Below, one piece after another: positions 58,012-64,000 of a stretch of DNA of 64,000 nucleotides. The stretch is from Spirochaetia bacterium (GTDB lineage Bacteria; Spirochaetota; Spirochaetia; SZUA-6; Bin103): positions 1,613,779-1,677,778 of the forward strand of contig CBDAOI010000004.1 of the NCBI GenBank assembly GCA_965198005.1. The letters run 5' to 3'. The stretch's first letter is position 1. The number at the start of each line of letters is the position of its first letter. The notes beneath the pieces were generated by a model, which was not told the DNA's origin, did not search any database, and was given only the letters and a program-made list of their open reading frames with translations. A program made the position numbers and the translations under genes.

Positions 58012-59220
58012 CTAGTGCGCCTTGGGCGGGTGGCGGGCGAGGGCGGCCTCGTCCGGCTCGGTGCCCCAGCCCGGGGTGTCGGGCAGGTGCAGGTGGCCCT
58101 GGCGGATGTCCGGCGCCACGGTGAACAACTGGTCGTCCCACGGTCCCCGGTCGACGTCGGTCTCCATGATGCGCAGGTTGGGCACCGCCGCGCACAAGTG
58201 GGCGCTCATCATCGTCGCCAAGTGTCCGTAGTAGTTGTGCGGGGCGACGTTGATCTGGTGGGCGTCGGCGATCGCCGCGATCTTCATTGATTGCCAGACG
58301 CCGTTCCAGACCGCGTCGATGATCGCCACGTCCATCGCCTGCAGCCGGAAGTAGGGGAGGAACGCGGTCGGGGTGATCAGCGACTCGCACGAGCTGATGG
58401 TATGCGGGCTGCCGCGCCGCACGTCGGCCAGCGCTTCCGGGTGCGGGGTGTCGATCTCGAACCAGAAGACGTCCAGATCGGCCAGCGCCCGCAGGATCCG
58501 CAGGTACCCCTCCGGTTTCGCGTTGTAGTTGAGGTCCACCAGGATGTCCAGGTCGGGCCCGGCGCCGTCGCGAAACGCCTCCAGATGGGCGCGGAGCTGG
58601 CGGATGACGTGCCGCTCCACGTTCTGGTCGGGTTGAAACGGGTGGCCGAATCCCGGTGCCCAGCCGGTCACCGTCTCCCCGCGGTAGTCGAAGATGTTGG
58701 TCTTGAGCGCGGTGAAGCCCGATTCCCGTACCTCGGCGCCGAGCGCCCGGATGCCGTCCAGGCCGGTCACCGTGGTGCGGTGCAGGCCGGGATGGGCGAT
58801 GCGCCAAGTGCCGCAGTGCGACCAGTACACGCGGATCCGGTCGCGTATCTTGCCGCCGAGCAGCTCGCAGCACGGCACGCCGAGCAGCTTGGCCTTGGCG
58901 TCGAGCAGGGCGTTCTCGAGCGCCCCGATTCCCATCGCCATCACGCCCGACATCGACTGGCGCGCCCGCGCCTGCAACTTGGCGAACACCCGTTCCGTGT
59001 CCTGCACGCGCTCGCCGGCCACGAACGGGGTCAGCCGCTGCACCACGCTGGTGACGCCGGCGGCGCCCTGATGCTCGTCGTACTCGCTCCAGCCGACGAG
59101 GCCGTCCTCGGTGGTGAGCTTGACGAAGTGATAGTTGCGCCAGCCGGCGTCGCAGTGGCGCGTCTCGATGCTGCGGACCTTCATGCCGCAGAACGCCGCT
59201 TCGCTGTGGTTTGCATGACC
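58012..59220 (-). CDS. mandelate racemase / muconate lactonizing enzyme family (enolase superfamily) sugar-acid dehydratase-like
   Basis: MKVRSIETRHCDAGWRNYHFVKLTTEDGLVGWSE...DLNYNAKPEGYLRILRALADLDVFWFEID...MDVAIID. Confidence 0.7.
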   Translation of the reverse strand, partial: GHANHSEAAFCGMKVRSIETRHCDAGWRNYHFVKLTTEDGLVGWSEYDEHQGAAGVTSVVQRLTPFVAGERVQDTERVFAKLQARARQSMSGVMAMGIGALENALLDAKAKLLGVPCCELLGGKIRDRIRVYWSHCGTWRIAHPGLHRTTVTGLDGIRALGAEVRESGFTALKTNIFDYRGETVTGWAPGFGHPFQPDQNVERHVIRQLRAHLEAFRDGAGPDLDILVDLNYNAKPEGYLRILRALADLDVFWFEIDTPHPEALADVRRGSPHTISSCESLITPTAFLPYFRLQAMDVAIIDAVWNGVWQSMKIAAIADAHQINVAPHNYYGHLATMMSAHLCAAVPNLRIMETDVDRGPWDDQLFTVAPDIRQGHLHLPDTPGWGTEPDEAALARHPPKAH

Positions 59221-59299
59221 AGACAGTACGTGGTCAGAATAGGGTGTGGCAAGCGCGCACCGACCGCCGCGACCGACGGGAGATGGAGCAGGTCCAGAA

Positions 59300-59745
59300 C
59301 GTGCCACACGATTGCTGGACCGCCCGATCATCACGCCCGAGTTCGACCCGTCGATCGGGCGCAACATCCAGGGGCCGTCGATCATCCGGGGCCGCGTCTG
59401 TTCAACCCGAATATGCGCCACAGCGCGCTGCTGGTGCGCCACGAGACGCTGTACGTGTTCTGGACGCAGGTCGGGCACGCCCCGGAGCGGATCCTGCTGA
59501 GCACGATCGACCTTGCGGGCGACTGGCGCGCGTGGCGGGAGTCGGCGCCGGTGGAGGTTCTGCGCCCCGAGCGAGTCTGGGAGGGCGCCGCGGCGCCGGT
59601 GCGGTCGTCGGTGCGCAGCACCGCGTATGGGATCGTCAACCAGCTTCGCGATCCGGCCATCCTGGAGGATGAAGGCCGCACCTACCTGCTGTACGCCGTC
59701 GCCGGCGAGAGCGGCATCGCGCTGGCGGAGCTGCGGTTTGAGTGA
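59300..59745 (+). pseudogene. frameshifted C-terminal fragment of a beta-propeller (glycoside-hydrolase-like) protein
   Basis: PEFDPSIGRNIQGPSIIRG in one frame, and LLVRHETLYVFWTQVGH...DPAILEDEGRTYLLYAVAG in another. Confidence 0.25.
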
Positions 59746-60607
59746 CTCGAACGACCGCGGACCACCGCGGCCGCCGGCGCTGCGTCCCCCGCCCGGCGCC
59801 TGCGATACCCACGTGCACTTCTACGACGCGCGCTACCCGGAGGCGCCGACCTCCCGCTTCTACCCCCCGGACGCCGGCGTGGAAGAGTATCGCCGGCTGC
59901 AGGCACGGCTCGGGCTGGAGCGGGTGGTGACCGTGCAGCCGTCGACCTACGGCACCGACAACTCCTGCCAACTCGCCTGCCGCCGCGCGTTCGGCGACGC
60001 CGCCCGCCTGGTGGTGGTGGTGGACGCGGCGGTCACCGGCGCCGAGCTGGAAACCTGGACCCGGCGCGGCGCGCGCGGCGCCCGGTTCTACATGCTGCGC
60101 GGCGCGCCGCTGTCCTGGGAGCAACTGGAGCCCGTGGCCGCGCGTGTGCACGAGTTCGGCTGGCACATCCAACTGCAGACCGATGGCCGCGAGCTGGCCG
60201 ACCTCAAGCCGCGGCTCGCGGCCCTGCCGGGCGACCTGGTGATCGACCATATCGGTCGCTTTATGGAGCCCGTGGGCGTCGCTCACCCGAGCTTCCGGGC
60301 GCTGCGGGAACTGGTCGAACGCGGGCGCTGCTGGGTCAAGCTGTCGGCCCCGTACGAGTCGTCGCGGCGCGCTCCGCCATTCGACGACCTGCGGGAGATG
60401 GCGCGGACGCTGGTCCGGACCGCGCCGGAGCGTATGCTGTGGGCGACCAACTGGCCGCACCCCAACCACCACGGCCAATACGACGACGCCGCCCTGCTCG
60501 ATCTGCTGCTGGACTGGACCGACGACGCCGCCACCCGCCGGCGCATTCTGGTCGACAACCCGGCCCGGCTCTACGGGTTCGCTGCCAGCCCGACCAGCTC
60601 CGACTAG
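59741..60607 (+). CDS. amidohydrolase-2 family (TIM-barrel metal-dependent hydrolase, LigI-like)
   Basis: CDTHVHFYD ... WHIQLQTDGRE ... LVIDHIGR ... LWATNWPHP. Probable TTG/GTG start near 59741. Confidence 0.7.
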   Translation, partial: SDSNDRGPPRPPALRPPPGACDTHVHFYDARYPEAPTSRFYPPDAGVEEYRRLQARLGLERVVTVQPSTYGTDNSCQLACRRAFGDAARLVVVVDAAVTGAELETWTRRGARGARFYMLRGAPLSWEQLEPVAARVHEFGWHIQLQTDGRELADLKPRLAALPGDLVIDHIGRFMEPVGVAHPSFRALRELVERGRCWVKLSAPYESSRRAPPFDDLREMARTLVRTAPERMLWATNWPHPNHHGQYDDAALLDLLLDWTDDAATRRRILVDNPARLYGFAASPTSSD

Positions 60608-60779
60608 CTGGCGGACGATTGTCGATCAGGCGCGGGGCCCGTAAGATCGGCGCGACTACAGGCCGCCTGCGGAGCCGCGTCTCAGCTTGGCGCACCACTC
60701 GCCGGACCGGTTCGACCTTGCCGAGCGCCGCCGCAACGCCATGGCGTACGTCAACGAAATCGGCCGGCGCGCCGCCGAC

Positions 60780-61000
60780 GGCCGCATCGCCTGCGCCTTG
60801 GACGCGTCGCCGCCGACGGCAGCGAGTACGTGCCCGGCTTCACGGTGTCGGCGGTGGTCGACACCACGGGCGCCAGCGACGCCTTCGACGCCGCGCTGGC
60901 CGTCGGGCCGGCCGAGGGCCGCCCCCTCCCCAAGGCCGCCCGTTTCGCCAACGCCGTAGCGGTGCTATGCTGCACCGCGCTCGCTACCCTGCCGGCCCTA
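60780..61000 (+). pseudogene. C-terminal fragment of a PfkB-family sugar kinase (ribokinase-like)
   Basis: VVDTTGASDAFDAALAVG...AARFANAVAVLCCTALA matches the PfkB C-terminal GAGD/anion-hole block. No N-terminal part is present. Confidence 0.4.
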
Positions 61001-61165
61001 CCGTCGGCGGGCGGAGGTGGACGCATTCGCAGCATCCGGAGCCGGTGTTGCCTGATTGCGCTACAATAGGTGGTTCCCAATCGCGCGTTACGACGATAAG
61101 ATGTGTATTGGCATGTACCTGAGTTACGTGGCACCGGATGGCGGGCTGTGCACGCATGCTGCTTC

Positions 61166-61195
61166 TTGCGTATCCCACGGAATCCTCGCTATACC
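61166..61195 (+). promoter_or_regulatory. candidate promoter for the GHKL-STAS-PIN operon
   Basis: TTGCGT, 18 nt, TATACC, about 28 nt upstream of the TTG start with a GGAGA ribosome-binding site. Confidence 0.3.
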
Positions 61196-61222
61196 GCGAA
61201 TTGAGACTGACGGAGAACCTGA

Positions 61223-62092
61223 TTGACTTTCCATTTGCAAGCCATTTGTAGCGGTCGCTCGGGATTCGAGCGGCTTAGCCAACTCGCCAAGTCGACCGAG
61301 CATCTTTTCGCCGACCATCTTGAACTCAACATTTCGCAAGTAAGCTCGTTCGACGGCAACATGGCCGCTCCGCTGGGAGTTGTACTGGCGCATGTTACGG
61401 ATGACTTCAACTTTGTTGAGATTGTTGCCATCCCCTCAGGTATCAAGCGAGTACTCCGAAAGAACCGATTTCTTACGCACTTTCGCTATAGTCCGATGGA
61501 TGACATTCATGGTACTACGATGCCCTATCGTCGCCTTCGACTGACTGATGAAGGAGCATTCGAGGACTACATCCAACTGCAACTCAAAGATAAGGCCATT
61601 CCCGAGATGTCCGCAAAAGCGAGCCAAAGATTCAAGCAGAAGGTATTTGAAGTATACCAAAATGCTGTTTCTCACTCGGAATCTGACGTTGGCGTGTTCG
61701 TTTGCGGCCACATGTTCCCGCGCGAAAATCGTCTCGACTTTACCATCGCTGATGGCGGTATGGGTATTCGTGATGCTGTGCGTGGTTACTTCAAAACTGA
61801 TAGAATCAGTTCGATTGCAGCACTAAAATGGGCTCTGGAGCAGAATCACACCACAAAACGTGGTAGTCATCCTGGTGGCCTTGGTCTTGGGTTTCTTCGA
61901 GCATTTTCCGCTCTGAACGAAGGAAAGATTCGGATTGTCTCGCGGTTCGCGTTTTATGAATTTGACTGTGGACAAGAAGCATTCCACAAAATGCAGTATG
62001 ACTTCCCCGGAACCGCCGTAACGGTTCAGATCAACACTGCCGATACAGGGAAGTATATTCTACCCGCAGAGATCACTACGGAGGAACCATGA
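61223..62092 (+). CDS. GHKL-type ATPase / putative serine kinase (RsbW-like HATPase_c at residues about 150-260) with an uncharacterised N-terminal domain of about 140 aa. TTG start.
   Basis: N-box FEVYQNAVSHSE, G1 box IADGGMGI, G2 box HPGGLGLGFL. Stop overlaps the next start (ATGA). Confidence 0.6.
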   Translation: MTFHLQAICSGRSGFERLSQLAKSTEHLFADHLELNISQVSSFDGNMAAPLGVVLAHVTDDFNFVEIVAIPSGIKRVLRKNRFLTHFRYSPMDDIHGTTMPYRRLRLTDEGAFEDYIQLQLKDKAIPEMSAKASQRFKQKVFEVYQNAVSHSESDVGVFVCGHMFPRENRLDFTIADGGMGIRDAVRGYFKTDRISSIAALKWALEQNHTTKRGSHPGGLGLGFLRAFSALNEGKIRIVSRFAFYEFDCGQEAFHKMQYDFPGTAVTVQINTADTGKYILPAEITTEEP

Positions 62093-62457
62093 CCGAACCG
62101 ATTCTCGTGCGAGTGTACGACATCGTAGGGGGCCCGCTCGGCGTGTCAACCGAGGATGGTCAGCGCTTGCATGACAAGATTGCGCCACTCCTCAAGGCCG
62201 GTACGCCGGTCGTTCTTTCATTCGAACGCATCGAGACGATGATATCGGCATTTCTCAACGCAGCCGTTGGGCAACTCTACGGTGAGTTGTCTGAAGATAG
62301 TGTCGATCACCTGCTGTCTGTCAGCGATATGGCTCTCGACGATAGCCACGTGTACCAACACGTTGTCACGAACGCGAAGGCTTACTTCAAAGACCCTGGC
62401 AAGTTTGAAAGGGCATGGAGAGAAGAATTGGGCTCCGAAATGGATGATGAAGAATAA
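62089..62457 (+). CDS. STAS-like DUF4325-family protein (anti-sigma-antagonist-like)
   Basis: VVLSFERIETMISAFLNAAVGQLYGEL...VVTNAKAYF matches the DUF4325 pattern (V.LDF.G.E.M...FLN.A.G.LY......VV..A...F) closely. Confidence 0.6.
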   Translation: MTEPILVRVYDIVGGPLGVSTEDGQRLHDKIAPLLKAGTPVVLSFERIETMISAFLNAAVGQLYGELSEDSVDHLLSVSDMALDDSHVYQHVVTNAKAYFKDPGKFERAWREELGSEMDDEE

Positions 62458-62998
62458 AGCACACAACTTGTCTGGGTATTCATTCCAAAGGGGCGAGTCG
62501 TTGCTGTTCGACACTAACGTGTGGCTCTATCTCTATCCCGCACCGGCGGCGAGCGTCTATCGGCATGCAGCAAGGTACAGCAGCGGGTTAAAATCAATGC
62601 TTCAGGCAGGCGCGCAGATGGTTGTCGACGCAGTCGTGCTTAGTGAGTACTTGAATCGTTATTGTCGTATCGAGTGGAGCGCAAACCATAGGGCAATGTA
62701 TCGAGACTTCAAGGCATTCCGTATGTCAGCTGATTTCGCGCCGGCTGGGCAAGCAGCGGCTGCCTATGCAAATCAGATACTAAAGCTTGGCAAGCGTTAC
62801 GATCACCCGTTTTCGCTAATCGATCTCATGCGAATACTGACCGATTTCGAATCTGGATTGTGCGATTTCAACGATGGTTTGCTAGTGGAGACCTGCCGCC
62901 ATCATGGATGGAAAATCGTGACGAACGATTCTGATTTTGTCTCTGGGGGTATCGAAGTCTTGACCACGAACCCCAAGCTCTTGAAAGCGTGTCCATAG
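62443..62998 (+). CDS. PIN-domain nuclease
   Basis: LLFDTNVWLYL (first acidic motif) and KIVTNDSDF (C-terminal motif). The start overlaps the end of the STAS-like gene. Confidence 0.6.
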
Positions 62999-63119
62999 AC
63001 CGTATGGGTATGCGGAGAAGTGACGCGGAGAGATCTGAGGGGAAGCAGGCTCTCCGGTTGGTGTACGACACGCCGCTGCCGCCGACCCGCTCGCCACGGT
63101 GGCTGCGGCCGCCGGCAGC

Positions 63120-64000
63120 TCAGTCGGTGGGCAACGCCGCGCCGTACAGAAAGTCGACCAGGTTGATATGCCGAATGCCGTCGAGGGGTCCCGGCGCGAC
63201 GGGGTCCAGCGAGAGCATCACCTTGGCGTGGGCGTCGCCGGTGCCGAGCAGGGCGGACTTCTCCCGCTCGAGTGTCTCCGGGGACTCGATCAGATAACTC
63301 ACCTGCACGTACACGCGGCCCTGCGCGCCTTCGGCGACGAAGTCGACCTCGTGGGCGCCGGCAACCCCCACCGCGACCCGGTAACCCCGGCGCAGCAACT
63401 CGTGGAACACCAGATTCTCCAGGTCGCCGGCAATCCACCGTTCCTGCGTGCCCAGCAACCCATGACGCAGGCCGAGGTCGCCCAGGTAGTACTTGCTGCC
63501 GATCTGCAGATGGCGCCTGCCGCGCAGGTCGAACCGGTCGACTTTGTCCAGCACGAACGCTTCGCACAGATACGAGAGGTAGTTGAGGACCGTATCGGCC
63601 GTGCCGCGTCGCTGATGGGACCGCATGAAGTCGGAGATTCTCTTGCCCGACGTGAGATTGCCGACGTTGTCCATCGCGAAGCGGACGATCGACTCGAACG
63701 TGTCCGGATCGCGAATGGATCGCCGCTGCACGACGTCCCGCAGCGCGATCGTGCTGTAGACGTCGCCCAGCATCTGCCGCACGAGGTCCGGAGAAAGGTC
63801 GGTGTGGAGCAGCCCCGGCAGGCCGCCCAACGTTCGGTAGCGCGCGAACAGCTCGGCTCTCGACGGCTTCCCCGGTTGGGTCGCCGCGAAGAGGTCCGCG
63901 AACTCGCGCAGCGAAAGCGGCAGCACGCGAAGCGTGAGGTAGCGCCCGGCAAGCCGCGTGGCCAGCTCCCCGGCGAGCAGCGTCGAGTTCGAGCCGGAGA
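63120..64000 (-). CDS. AAA+ ATPase with DUF4143-like C-domain (COG1373-type), 5' end beyond the window
   Basis: GSNSTLLAGELATRLAGRYLTLRVLPLSLREFADLF ... YLGDLGLRHGLLG pattern. Confidence 0.55.
   Translation of the reverse strand, partial: SGSNSTLLAGELATRLAGRYLTLRVLPLSLREFADLFAATQPGKPSRAELFARYRTLGGLPGLLHTDLSPDLVRQMLGDVYSTIALRDVVQRRSIRDPDTFESIVRFAMDNVGNLTSGKRISDFMRSHQRRGTADTVLNYLSYLCEAFVLDKVDRFDLRGRRHLQIGSKYYLGDLGLRHGLLGTQERWIAGDLENLVFHELLRRGYRVAVGVAGAHEVDFVAEGAQGRVYVQVSYLIESPETLEREKSALLGTGDAHAKVMLSLDPVAPGPLDGIRHINLVDFLYGAALPTD

Noticed and set aside
58291-59745. 484-aa plus-strand ORF overlapping the enolase-superfamily gene
   Set aside because: Most of it is antisense to a well-supported gene. 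Only the last about 150 codons (59300-59745) show any protein-like conservation, and those are split across two frames. It is reported instead as a possible pseudogene fragment.

Overview
This is a high-GC (roughly two-thirds G+C by eye) bacterial contig. It mixes ordinary housekeeping genes with a large amount of paralogy, pseudogene debris and mobile or accessory insertions. 

Core genes I can support: dapA and dapB, rsmA/ksgA, tyrA, ggt, a ComEC-like gene, tRNA-Lys(UUU), tRNA-Glu(CUC), an acyl-CoA ligase / FabZ-like / alpha-oxoamine-synthase / DRTGG lipid operon, and a desaturase next to a fatty-acid hydroxylase. 

The dominant theme is a family-5 ABC importer module (substrate-binding protein, permease B, permease C, with no ATPase genes). 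It is present as three intact operons at 11.9-15.8 kb, 34.5-37.4 kb and 54.2-58.0 kb, plus at least three decayed copies at 1.7-6.9 kb, 42.7-43.2 kb and 52.2-53.1 kb. Each intact copy has a sigma70-like promoter, a 600-800 nt leader with a homopolymeric C tract, and a conserved hairpin just before the ribosome-binding site. 

The decayed copies are riddled with insertions: higBA, a tacAT-like GNAT/DUF1778 toxin-antitoxin pair, split Rpn/YhgA-like nuclease fragments, an IS110 remnant, a group II intron, and a cassette of small membrane-anchored coiled-coil repeat proteins. 

Other notable points:
- A three-gene di-myo-inositol-phosphate cluster (ino1, IMPase, IPCT/DIPPS) is present, but all three genes are disrupted.
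- A 1.7-kb gene for an AAA-ATPase-like/PD-(D/E)XK protein is tandemly duplicated, with a third deleted remnant nearby.
- The most interesting candidate for an undescribed system is a lower-GC island at 61.1-63.0 kb. It carries a translationally coupled three-gene operon: an RsbW-like GHKL ATPase/kinase with an unknown N-terminal domain, a STAS-like DUF4325 protein, and a PIN-domain nuclease.

Many long antisense ORFs in the supplied track are GC artefacts. Several ORF-track 'M' starts are GTG or TTG codons.
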